Assembly: GCA_964255285.1 (NCBI GenBank)
Contig: CAXUUL010000015.1
Location: 1-64,000 of the forward strand
DNA length: 64,000 nucleotides
Direction: 5' to 3'
Origin: Ionaspis alba
Taxonomy: Eukaryota
A model generated the notes under the pieces. The model saw only the letters and a program-made list of their open reading frames with translations. It was not told the origin of the DNA and ran no database searches. Position numbers and translations under genes: made by a program. Positions 11,870 to 23,900 of the stretch are shown one piece after another (position 1 is the stretch's first letter; each line of letters opens with the position of its first letter).

Positions 11870-13744
11870 ATGGCTACATCCGAGGTAGAGATGGAGCACA
11901 CCCTTACTTCTCTAGGCTCAGGGTATGGCTTTAGCACCGAAAATTTCGATCGGAGCTTTTCCATTGGTGTAGACCGCCAGGACTCGGAAGGCGCACAGTT
12001 CAACTTTGGTCCTGACGATGTCTGGTCTGCACGGAACTCTTCAAATGTCGGGAGAGAAAACCCTACTTTGAAGTACGAATTCAGACCCGCAGTCCGCACT
12101 TCTCAGCCAGCATTCTGCACATGGGTAGATGAAGATCCAAGCGGCGATTTTGATCCTTCGTGCAAAAGGAATCAGCCAAAGATTACCCCAGAGAAAAGGC
12201 GGTACAGGCCTGTGTATGAAGACAATTCGTCAGAAGAGTCTATCGCGAAGAAGCAAAAGGTGTATACTTGGCAGCTTGGAAGACGAACGGGATCAAGCTT
12301 TCCGATAACTCTCAGACTTGCTTCAGATGCTGGTCACACTTTACTCTCAAACCTTGGTACCTCATCCGACTACTGGCCTTCGCCTCAGTGGGTGGATCAG
12401 TTTTTCGAACCAGATCTTACAGAGCTAAATATTGATGCTGTCCAGCCACACCGCCTTCGTACACGCGAGGCAAACGGATTTAGAGGCACCCGGTCACAAC
12501 CTGACTTACCCTGCTTCCTCCACAATGAGCTCACGCTTGGACACCCAGCCGCAAGAGGCTGCAAGTCTTGCGCCGAGATTGATCTACATTGTAGTCTGCT
12601 GCAGGAAGGTGAAAAGTATCCCTGCATTGCTTGTTGCGAAGATGAGAACGACTGCGAGCTTGTGATACCTCCAGTCCACAAGCGTGCCTGTGCGAGGTGC
12701 CATCGTCGAAGGATCGTATGCTCCTATCGTGTTACTGAAGACCATAGCGGACCATGCAAAGATTGTGCCAGCTCCGACCAGAAGTGCATAGCTGGTCCAC
12801 GCAGTGGCAGAACTCGAACCGGCCCTTGTCTAGATCAGGACCCAGCCTCCCTTGCCCTGTTGCTGAAAAGTCCAGAACGGCTGTACAAGAGCTGTACTCA
12901 ATGTCGTGAATCGAAAACGCGCTGCTCACTCCTGTCGAAGCCCGGTTTCTCCAATTGTAGTCGTTGTGAGGACAACGGGGTGGACTGCACATTCAACACC
13001 GTCCAAACTCGACCAAGAAGAATCGCCAAAAAGCATCCGGAAGGTCTACCTCAACAGGGTCCGCTAAAGGCACCGAAAATTTCCGCCAGCTCCACTAAGC
13101 TTATCAAGACAAGACTTCCGCATCCGATCCGTTTTAATTATATGGACCCTGAGGACGGCTCAGTTCCTTGCAGCTGGTGCAACGATCTAACCTATGGCCT
13201 TCTGGGGCTCGGTCGCGTGAATGTCGAAGTTGCCGACTACCACGATGGTCAAGGCTATCTTGAGATTCGAGGAGGTCATGTAGGCAGAGGTGCCGAGCCC
13301 AGTCGGATGTGCCAAGAATGTACCTTGACCCGGTTAGAGATCGTGGCTTGTGGAGAGCACCAGATGACCATGCTAGAAGGAGTAGACACAGATACTTTGG
13401 ATCCAGACTATGTCGATGGCTTCCTTCTCCTAGGTGTGGCATCTCAAGCTACTTTTGAATGGTGTTCTGTATGTCCAACTATTGCGTCGTATGGCTGCGC
13501 AAAACCCAAGACTGTGGGCCCTGTTCAAAACCTCTCTGAGGAAGACGACGATGAAGTACTCGGCTGTGGACTACTTCTTTGCGAAGACTGTAGGAAGAGA
13601 ATGGCTTCAGATTATTGTGGTAGTTTGACAACCATGATAACGGACATGGAGGACGACGAGGAAATTCATGATTTTGCGCTAAGAGCTGACGCAAATTTTC
13701 TGCGCTCAGATGGTCATCTTGTGAGTCGTATTTACGGTTCATGA
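11870..13744 (+). CDS. Protein with three Zn(II)2Cys6-like clusters and a Cys-rich C-terminal domain (putative transcription factor)
   Basis: Three CxxC-x6-C-x9/10-CxxC-x6-C motifs (CKSC..., CARC..., CTQC...) plus CSWC, CQEC, WCSVC and GCGLLLCEDC. It may extend upstream to ATG 11589 via intron 11809-11855. Confidence 0.8.
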   Translation: MATSEVEMEHTLTSLGSGYGFSTENFDRSFSIGVDRQDSEGAQFNFGPDDVWSARNSSNVGRENPTLKYEFRPAVRTSQPAFCTWVDEDPSGDFDPSCKRNQPKITPEKRRYRPVYEDNSSEESIAKKQKVYTWQLGRRTGSSFPITLRLASDAGHTLLSNLGTSSDYWPSPQWVDQFFEPDLTELNIDAVQPHRLRTREANGFRGTRSQPDLPCFLHNELTLGHPAARGCKSCAEIDLHCSLLQEGEKYPCIACCEDENDCELVIPPVHKRACARCHRRRIVCSYRVTEDHSGPCKDCASSDQKCIAGPRSGRTRTGPCLDQDPASLALLLKSPERLYKSCTQCRESKTRCSLLSKPGFSNCSRCEDNGVDCTFNTVQTRPRRIAKKHPEGLPQQGPLKAPKISASSTKLIKTRLPHPIRFNYMDPEDGSVPCSWCNDLTYGLLGLGRVNVEVADYHDGQGYLEIRGGHVGRGAEPSRMCQECTLTRLEIVACGEHQMTMLEGVDTDTLDPDYVDGFLLLGVASQATFEWCSVCPTIASYGCAKPKTVGPVQNLSEEDDDEVLGCGLLLCEDCRKRMASDYCGSLTTMITDMEDDEEIHDFALRADANFLRSDGHLVSRIYGS

Positions 13745-14982
13745 AGCATGATGGTCGACCGGCAAGGGAAAAGGTGGTTTCGTCTATGGTAATCTCCGGC
13801 ATCAAACCCATACACATTAGTGCCTAGCACAGAAACAAATGAGAAAACTATTACATGCTCTAGTCATGTCACCTACATGCTATACCAGATGCTATGAGCT
13901 TTCTAGAAGAGAAATAATCTTCCGTGTTAGTGCTTGATGACAGTCGCCACGATACTCGCCGTAATGATGCACAGCGTAAAGCTGGCTACGGAAGTAGTCG
14001 CACTCTTGCCAGCTACAACATCGCCGGCTGAGAGCGATAAGCTGTATATGGTCCACGTAGGTCTGCAAGCGGCAATGAGCATTATTATCAAACCAGTCCA
14101 GGGATAAAGCAGATGTCGAGGCTGCCGGATTCGGAAATTTCTTTACTTTGGCGTAGCAATACACCTCTCATGGAAATCGAAGGAGGCAATCGGTAGCAGC
14201 CATAATCGAGTTTGAACGCAGATACAGTACCTCTATTTACTATAGCCTGTGATCGCCAGTACAATATCACCCTTATATTGTGCTTATGTAGCCTGGTGAG
14301 CTCGTCGGTAGGAAACAATTTATCTTTGTTTGTCAATGCACTTGCTCGTCCCAGAGACTATCACATTCCTTGCCTATATGTTGTGTTATAAGATGTGGCA
14401 CACTGACTAGTGGAGAGTGGCGGATCAGAGATCAAAGAGGATAGCCGGATGAGGCTCGAAGTGCTTTGCTGTGGTGGAAATAAGGATGCGGCGTCCTACC
14501 TTGCCAAGAGAACGAATAATGGAATCCTTGTAATATCGTAGCTTGACAGTATCGAAATACTTCGCCTTTATGATCAACTCAACTTTCCCCTCCTTCTTCA
14601 CTTTCTTCCACTTTACGCGAGAGCTTCCTTCAACACGTACTGGAAGCTTTTGATTACTGACTGAGAGGCTGTTGAATAGCAAAAACCGGCGACTGCACCG
14701 CCGGACTATTTGTCTTCAAATCAACACCTCGCACGTCAATCATCTTTCGCGGCTGCGGTCAGAGTACACAACATCACAGTTTCAAGCACATCTCTTGAAT
14801 CACGAAACTCTTCGGTAAAGCTTATCTGTTCCCTGGAACTGACATCAGAGAGGATCAGTTAGGACGAGCAAAAAGGTTTTTGAGGCTCGAGCTGCCAACA
14901 GTACATCTCAACCCTTCTGGTATTTGAACTCAAGTGAGGGCGTGCCTTCACATGAGGTGTTCAATTCTTCTGAGTCGTTACG

Positions 14983-17900
14983 ATGGGGAGAATCAAGAAG
15001 GCAGCGGGGCCTAAGCATGAAGCAACTTTGGTATGTCGTGTCGACTGAGTACATCTTCTGGTTACCTAGCTAAATGCGATGTCTCCGCAGTCTCCAGCAC
15101 TATCGGAATTTGTGACCAAAGCCACAAGCCTACCGCTGTCACAGTTACCGAAGCATCTCCAGTCCTTTCCCCCAAGATGGCCATTTCCACGAGGCGATCT
15201 CTATCACTGGATTCCCCTGCTCGACCACTTTGACTCCATTCTGGAACAGTTCATCCGAGAATATGGTTTGAATAGGGGACCGCAAACGCAGCCTTTTGCC
15301 AGGCGGCTGTTGGAAAAGGACATTTCAAGTACTGAGTCCGAGTTGTCTGCGGCAGCAACAGATTTCGGACCCGAAGGTGACCTCGACCTGGTGGAGACCA
15401 TATTGACGTTCTCGAGGTCATTACTCGAGAATTGTGGCAACAGAAGCCTGTACAGTAGCAGTGATCGCTTAGGAGAACTTCTCAACACCACATCCCTATC
15501 GCTCTTGTCCACCACACTTCGTCTTGCTACACGTCTGGCTCAACGGTATTACGCGTCACGTCAGCGTGGATCAACGTCGAGCCAACATCTCAACAATGCT
15601 CTCCTGGCAAGCCACTACAACATCAATCTTGATCATGTCCAACAACTGGCCGACAAACACGTAAGACCAAATCCACTAGCCGCCTACGCGGCCATGTCTA
15701 CCTCGGCGACACCCGCTGCGCCTTCGGGAGCCAAAGGAAAGAGGAAAGATTCCTTAGAACACGGCAAACCAACTGCGTTGACAAATGGTTGTGATCTGTT
15801 CTCAGCAGTCAAAGAGACTATTCCATCTGTCAACAGTTCTATCAGTCATGGAGGCAAGGCTTCTGGTGATTCCGCAAGGTTCGAGGACTGTGGGGAGGTC
15901 CGACTCCTCTACTACCAAACTGCCAGAGAATCGGAAGACGACAAAAAGGTCGCAGTCCCAGAGGAGAACAAGGCGCCAGACACGCCTGAAACTCCCACCC
16001 CCGTGAGACGAACTTCGGGTGTGTCACGGCCGAGCAGGCTTTCGATGTCAGAGGACTCGTCCAGTAGCACTCATGCCAATGCTCCCGTCAAATTGGAGGA
16101 CGCTAGTACAGGAGTACTTCGAGTGGTCGTGATTCCTGCTACCACGATTGCTTCCACTCCCATAGAAAAGATTCTTGACTCGAATCTTAACGATCTTCCT
16201 AAGCATTGCCATTACGAATTTCTTTGTAAGATTCGAGCTGCCCGAGCCATGACAGAGTCACTTTTCACTCGCCGCCAAATCATCGCGATTCGGATTCTGG
16301 CTATCACCAACCTTGCTTACGTCTATCCGGAGACCATGTTCCAGCAAAAAATATTGCAACAAGATTCGGAAGAGCCTCGACGCCTTCAGCTCACCTATCA
16401 GCTTGCAGATATTATACATCCTCCGGGGGGTGACCACGTTGGTATGCCCATTTACCTCAAGACGATAGCCTTGGGTGCACTTGAAGCTCTATCGAAACAC
16501 AAGAGCAGAGCGCCTGATGTTTGTACAGCGCTTAGTGTCAATGTCAACCATGGTGTTCTGCTCTATATGCTGCGGAAAACTTTAGCCGATTTGGCGGTGG
16601 AAGTCCCTGAAGAAGACACGATAGAAATGGAAGAATGGCGTGATGCTTTGTTCTCTCTCCTTGAAGCACTCCCCTCGGCCGCTCCCCGGACCGCCGAATC
16701 CTTACTTAGTGCCGGGCTGTTTGATGTCCTGGTCGAAGTCTTGACTCTTCGTACCAGTAAAGCGGAAAGAACACATCCGAAGGCGTTGATGTTCATGAAC
16801 ACAATCATCTATACCGTTCGTGACGCGTTTCAAAGCTTTGCCAACGCCAAAGGTCTGGACGCCATTGCTGATTTGATCTCATGGGAAGTTTCGACAGCAT
16901 TGCAGCGAGTGAAGCAGGGTGGTGGTCTACCGGAGCAGTTCAAGAACCAGGTCATGGACTACCAGATGCCATACTTTCAACAGCAGACACTACGATGGCT
17001 TCTCAAGTTTGTGAACCACATGATGCAACACGGCAACACAAACTTCGATAGGCTCCTCCGAAATTTGATCGACTCTCCGCAACTATTGAGTGGGCTGCGC
17101 CAGATCATTGCAGACGCCAAAGTATTCGGTTCCAATGTCTGGAGCGGAGCCGTCAATATTCTTAGCAGTTTCATTCACAATGAGCCGACAAGCTATGCCG
17201 TGATCGCGGAAGCTGGACTGAGTAAGGCATTACTTGAAGCAATCACCCTAAAACCCGTTGAAATGGGCTCTCAACCACCCGAGTCAGGCGAGGCCGCGGT
17301 TGGTGAACATATCGAGTCCGCAGAAACTGTGACCGTTCCTATAGGCGATGGAGAGGATTCCCAACCAAAGCAGAAGGTCAAGGTTGCACGCGCTGAAGGT
17401 AAGATACTTGCACAAGGCATCCTACCGGCTACCGACGCTATTGTAACAATACCCAATGCTTTCGGAGCAATTTGCCTCAATACCTCCGGCTTAGAGATGT
17501 TCCTCCGCTCCGGAGCACTCGAAAGTTTCTTCGAGGTCTTCGAAAGTCCCGATCATGTCAAATCCCTGGCTTCTGAGACCGATTTACCAAGAATACTAGG
17601 CAATGCATTTGACGAGCTGGTTCGACATCATCCTAAGCTAAAATCTGCAGTCCTGGCCTCCGTGATCCTCATGCTAGCACGCGTTGTCCGCCTGTGTCAA
17701 AGCCAAGCTCGAAACGGTGTTGGCGCTAAGCTATGGACCGAGGAGAAAAATGGAGGTGTTGTCGTCAGCGGTGGCAAAGAAGCTCTGCTAGGTGATATTA
17801 CTGAAGCTTCCCTCAAACTTTCGACCACCGACATCGACAACGACGTTGTAATGGGCGGTCAGGCTCTGTGGAAGCTTGACGAGACCACCGCTTCAGAGCC

Positions 17901-20900
17901 TGCGAGCAAGGAAACGAAACCGCCTGAGCAGCACAGCCTACCGGTGTCTACTTATATCAAAGTGACGACCAAGTTTCTCCTTGGCTTCTTCGAGAACAAC
18001 ACTCTGTGTACTCTCTTTATCGAAGCTGGCGGATTTGAATCCATATTGGACTTTGCAACGCTGCCAAGTCTTCCGTACGACTTCAACAATCACGCCGCAA
18101 GTCACGAGGTTGCCAGGGTTGTCCATATGCTCATCGAGCACAAACCTCACATTGTACTACCTTCTCTTATACACAGGACTATGAAGACATTAGACTCACT
18201 TGAGCCTCTTATGAGCTACTCCGGTGGCTCGTCCTTCTTTTCACAGTTTGTCTTGCAAAGTCCAAACACAACAAATTCTTTACAAGTGGACGAGAGTCGG
18301 ATGGATGAACGATTGAATGGTACTTCCATCATCAAAGCATTGGTCAATGTTCATACTCTGTGCAACATGTTCTATGAAACATTTACACCTCCAGCTTTTT
18401 CCCACCGAGCTCAGCACCACACCTTGTTCAGCCAAGTCAATCTAGCTGATTTGTACGTCTACCTGGTGAAAAGGCTGGGGTACTTGCATCGGTCTTGCGT
18501 TTGGCAAGAGATTTTACTACAAAATAGTATCTCTGAATCTCTACAAGAAGCAACGAGAATCAAGGGCTATGGTATGGGTAGTGATGAAGCGGATGAAATC
18601 TTCGGCTTTATCAACAGAGATCGCCCCACTACTTTCGCTGGCCAAGCAGTACCTACTGCATCTTCATCTCCCTCTCCAAGCCGATCAAACTCTGCTACGG
18701 ATGTCTTCCCGAAAGGTGATACCTTATCTTCGACTGCGTCCAAACTCGAAGATACCGCTCTCTTTCAAAATGTACAGTCACTGCGTTATCTTTTGAGCCA
18801 GATTCCTTCCTCCATTACACCTTTCCTCCAAGGCCTCGGAAAATCGCTCGTACCCAAGCGTAGACTTGATTCGTATTTACGTCAATGTGCTTACATGGTG
18901 GCCGATGCTCTGGCTGAGTCAACGCTGGAGCAGCTACGGTACGAGCTACCAAAGAAGTCTTCGTCCATGAAGGATCAATATGCTTACTGGATCGTCATTA
19001 TGACATCAATTTCGCAACTGATAATGGAAGGTTGGTATCGGCTTTAAGTCCATTGTAGTCGACATACTAATGGTTATGCTAGGTCCTCTCGAACGACCCC
19101 ATTCTCAGTGCCTAACCCTCGTCCTTCAGTCATTCAAGAATCATGGAGGCATGGATGCAATCAAAGATCTGCTCGTGACATTTTTCGACGAAGTAAAAGC
19201 CTTGTCCAACGTCTCAGATGAAGCAAATCGTGGCGTGGAGGATGCTGGCAGACTGGCATCCGCGTATGGAGGGATCAAGATCATCCTTACTTTCTATTCT
19301 CAGATCACGACGTCGAAGAACATCGTTGAATCGCAGCAGACGACTGGCATGTCCAGTCAAGACCGGGATCGCGAGCATCCTTACTATTTTTCAGCCAGCC
19401 AATTCCTTGTCGAGCTACGAATGGCTGTTCTTCCTGTGGTGAGATCTATATGGGACTCTGATTTCGCTGACCGGGCGTCAAGCTCGATTTTGAAGTGCTT
19501 GATCGGGATCCTTGGGACGATATTGGATGCCGAGCACGAACATGGAGCTCTCAAGAGAACAGATACAATCCCGATGCGTGGAAAACCCCAGTACAGAATC
19601 TACAATATCAATAGGGAGCGGGAGAAAGCGTTGGTAGCGAAAGGTATCAAGCCAGAGCTTGCTCGTGAAGCTCTTTATCGATGTCTGAACAATCGAGAAG
19701 CAGCGGAAGAATACTGCAAGGCTCGTAACGAGATTGAAGGCTACACAGAAAATCCGATTCCATCGTACGATGTCGAGAAGTCCAAGTCTCCGTCTCCTAT
19801 TCGGACGCCGCGTCGCGAAGACTCTCAAGCTACTGTTCCTGATGCAGATAGCATTTCGCAGACTGACAGAGTGTCGTTACCTTCGACTGCTTCTCCTGTT
19901 ATACGGCCAAGTTCGACTCAAAACCCACAAGTCGAAATCGAAGAAACCGGCGACAACGGACTTATCACTCCCGCAATGCTCCCTCCACCAGCTCCTGAAT
20001 GGCCACCGGAAACCGAAGTCGATGATGGAGAAGATATGCCTATGAACATTGATAATCTACTCAGCATCACGAATCTTCTCAATCCTACCACAGACGCTGA
20101 GCATGATCGTTCAAACTCCCGTGAGCTTTCGACACCCGCTTCGGCTACCGTTGTTGAGGCCACCAAACTTCAAGAAATGACGACAGTCGACGATCTGGAG
20201 GATGAACGTTCAGCTGTGCGGAAAAACCTCATCGATCGAGCTCTGGATGTGCTGGCTGTACATGGAGATGTGACCTTTGAGCTCGCGGACCTCATCACTA
20301 CGGCCGCAGCCAAAGCGCCAGATGCTGCCACTATGCGCAGGGAAATAGGCGAGACTCTAATTCAGTCACTAATATCATTCCAGATGCCAGAGGAGGATGG
20401 GGAAGACCTTAAATCAACAGGGAAGAAAATAGCCGCGTATGCCAATCTTCTGGCCCTAGTCCTGCAGGAAAAGGAGTTTTACGACGCAAGCTTGGACGAG
20501 TTGCGAAGTAATCTACCAATGCTCCTGACTTTTATCAAGATTTCTCCTATTTCCTCGGAACAGACCTCCGAGGATGCTTCTCCATGGGTTGGACAGATAC
20601 TGCTCATTGTTGAGAAGCTACTTGCCGAGGATGTGCAGCCACAACAGATAAAGTGGACACCACCTAATAGCGATGGATCAGTCCAAGGCGACACGATCGT
20701 CGAGATGGAAGAGCCCGGGGTTTCGCAGGATGATAAGATGCAACTCATGGAAGCGATAATCGATATACTACCTCGTATTGGCAAAGATGATTCACTTGCT
20801 TTATCGGTTACTCGAATCTTGGTCATCTTGTCAAGGAATCGTGATATCGCTAACATTCTGAGCGAAAAGCGGAACTTGCAGAGACTCTTTGTCATGGTGA

Positions 20901-23900
20901 AGCAGCTCGCCGGTATCAATAGTGAGAAACTACAGAGCTCGTTCATGCTTGTGTTACGGCACATTATTGAAGATGATGACACCGTCAGACAGATCATGCG
21001 CAGCGAAATCGTGGCAAATTTCGAAACACGTTCCTCACGACCAACAGATACTACTGGCTACGTTCGACAGATGTATCATCTGGTACTTCGTTCTCCAAGT
21101 ATCTTTGTGGAGGTTACGAATGAGAAGCTGAAGCTACAGAGTTTTGATCCAAACCAGAGACCACAAGTTCTCATCTTGAAGTCCGAAGGGAAGGAATCAG
21201 CCGGAATTTCTGAGCAGAAAGAGGATGCAGCAATCCAGAATCCTGCTGAGGATGGTGATGCTTCATCGAAGGATGACATCAAGCTATCGACAGAGGAGAC
21301 GAACACGTCTGGCCCGCTCGAAAAGTCTAAAACTCAGGACGTCAAGGCCCCTGTTGTAGAGCAACCGGACGGCGTTATCCATTATCTGCTGTCACAGCTA
21401 CTCTCTTATAAGGATGTTGAAGACAAAGATTCTGAATCAGGCACAAAGGATGCGGCAAAAACTTCCACTCCAGCACCAGCATCGGATGTGGAAATGACCA
21501 ATGGATCCACACCTCCACCACGAACTTCTTTACCGTCCGCGGAGAATGACACGGAGAAGAAGAACGAGAAAACAGCTTTCAAATCCGAACAACATCCGAT
21601 CTTCATCTATCGATGCTTTCTCCTAAGCTGTCTCGCTGAGCTTCTCTCATCATACAATCGGACCAAGATTGAGTTCATCAACTTCTCCCGTAAAGCTGAT
21701 CCTAAAGCAATGACACCATCTAAACCCCGATCTGGCGTTCTCAACTATCTGCTCAATGTCTTGATTCCCATTGGCACTCTAGATGTCAGCGAATCACATT
21801 CGCATAGGAAGAAGGCTACCACTTCGAGTTGGGCAATATCAACTATTGTTTCGCTTTGTATGCGGACTGGCGAGAGAGGCTACGAAAAGAGCGGTGTGGT
21901 CCTCAGCGAGGAACAGGAGCCAAATCTGCTCTTCGTTCGGAAATTCGTCCTGGAGCATGCTCTGAAAGCATACAAGGATGCCCACGCATCGACTGAAGCA
22001 CTTGACGTCAAGTATGCCCGCATGCTCAGTATCGCTGATCTTTTCAATCGTCTACTCGCCGGCAGACCCACAACGAGTAACGCACAGCATGTGAACAATA
22101 TGACATCCGCGACGCAGAGAGAGCTGGCTAAGATCATGTTTGAGAGAAGTTTTATATCTTCTTTGACAGCTTCAATCGCAGACATTGACCTCAATTTCCC
22201 CGGCTCCAAGCGAGCCGTCAAGCACATCTTAAAGCCTCTCAAAGTACTGACAGAAACCGCCATCTTTCTCAGTGAAAACTCTAGCATATCCACTACTCCA
22301 GGTCTGACTTCCGATGACGAGATCTCTACTGCTTCCTCGGTGTCTGATATGGACGACGAGCGAGAAGAAACGCCTGATCTGTTCCGCCACTCGACGTTGG
22401 GCATGCTGGAACCAGGACGAGAAGACGAATCGAGCTCTGAGGCTTCGGACGAGGACGAGGACATGTATGAGGACGAATATGATGATGATGGTATGGCGGA
22501 TTACGATGAGGACATGGATCGAGACGGTGACGAGGTAATCAGCGACGAGGACGATGAGATTGAAGGTGCTGGGCATGTGGAAGGTCTATCTGGTGATGTT
22601 GGAATGGATGTCGAAGTCGTAATAGATGGGGACGATGAGGACGACGATGATGAAGATGATGACCCGGATGATTCTGAAGACATGGACGATGGTGGAGAAC
22701 TCGAGATTATCGACGAGATCAATGGTGATGGTGACAATGATAGCCTAGTGGAAGGGGATGAGGAGGAATGGCAAGATGAAGATGATGAAGGCGACGTCTA
22801 TCCTGACGAGGATGGAATGGACCAGGAGTCTAGTGACACGCACGATCATCAACACCATCACCATCACCATCACGACGAGGATCTTGGGCCTCCCCCAAGA
22901 AACCTCGTGCAGGATATCATAGGAGCTGGACCTGATCTATCTGACCTCAATGCACAAGGATTTGCGGACCTGACAATGGACATCGAGAATGAGGTCTACA
23001 TGGATGATGTTGTTCGTGAAGATGATGGTAGGCTAGAACATATTTCCTGTTTCATTACTCGCTAACGCTAAAGAAGACGACGATGATGACGATGAGGAAG
23101 ACTTTGAGGACGAGGACGTAATATACGAACCCGAGATGGATGGTAAGTGTTCGGTATGCTTTGAGGGAATGTCCCGCAGCTTACATACCCTAGATGAAGA
23201 CTCGGGGCTTCCTGATCCACCGTGGGGCTGGGATACTGAAGACGATGCTTCCATGCAGCGTGGCCAGCCTCACCACCATGGTCGACGTTTGAATCCATGG
23301 ACCATCTTCCCTACTGGCGAGAGAGGCATGCTTGGTGAGCTTTATAAGAGTATTTTCGTGTCAAGTGCTTATTGTTTGAACAGTCCCTGCATACAATCGT
23401 TCTCACCGTATTGCGGGTGCGCCCCGAGGCACTGATGACGGGGTGAATCCCCTGTTGCTTCGGCAAGGACAAGCAGGAACTCCTGCCGGCCACGCTCGTA
23501 ATCGACATCCTCCACCAGACGCCGGCGCTTCTATGAGTGACTGGGTGCATGCCATAAACTCTAGAAACCAAGCAGACGGTGCCGTTTCCTTCATCAACAG
23601 CATCGTTTCTGCTGTGGGCCAGGGAGGTCCTGCTATTGGTACGATTGGAGGCCCCGGTGCTTTGCACTTTCACATTGGTGGCACCGCTCCCAATGGCCGC
23701 ATACCCCCAGAGGTTCAGGCGGTCTTGGGCCTCCGACGACCGATGCCAGAGCCCGTCAGATCAGTCAGAGAAGATCCACTCCAAATGGTCGATTTCGTGC
23801 CAACTTCGACCGTGATTCGATGGCAAGAAGAGGCAAGATTGCTCTATGGAACTAGTTACAACGAGAAGACACAGCGGGTAGTGAACTCTTTGCTTAAGAT

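Noticed and set aside
13892..14682. Short minus-strand ORFs between the Zn-cluster gene and TOM1
   Set aside because: No recognisable motifs or consistent splice structure.
14952..15014. Out-of-frame uORF overlapping the TOM1 start (similar case at 48016 for the P450)
   Set aside because: The TSS is unknown and such ATGs are common; no evidence of function from sequence alone.
22430..23130. GAT/GAC and CAC/CAT microsatellite-like tracts
   Set aside because: They encode the acidic and His-rich low-complexity region of Tom1.
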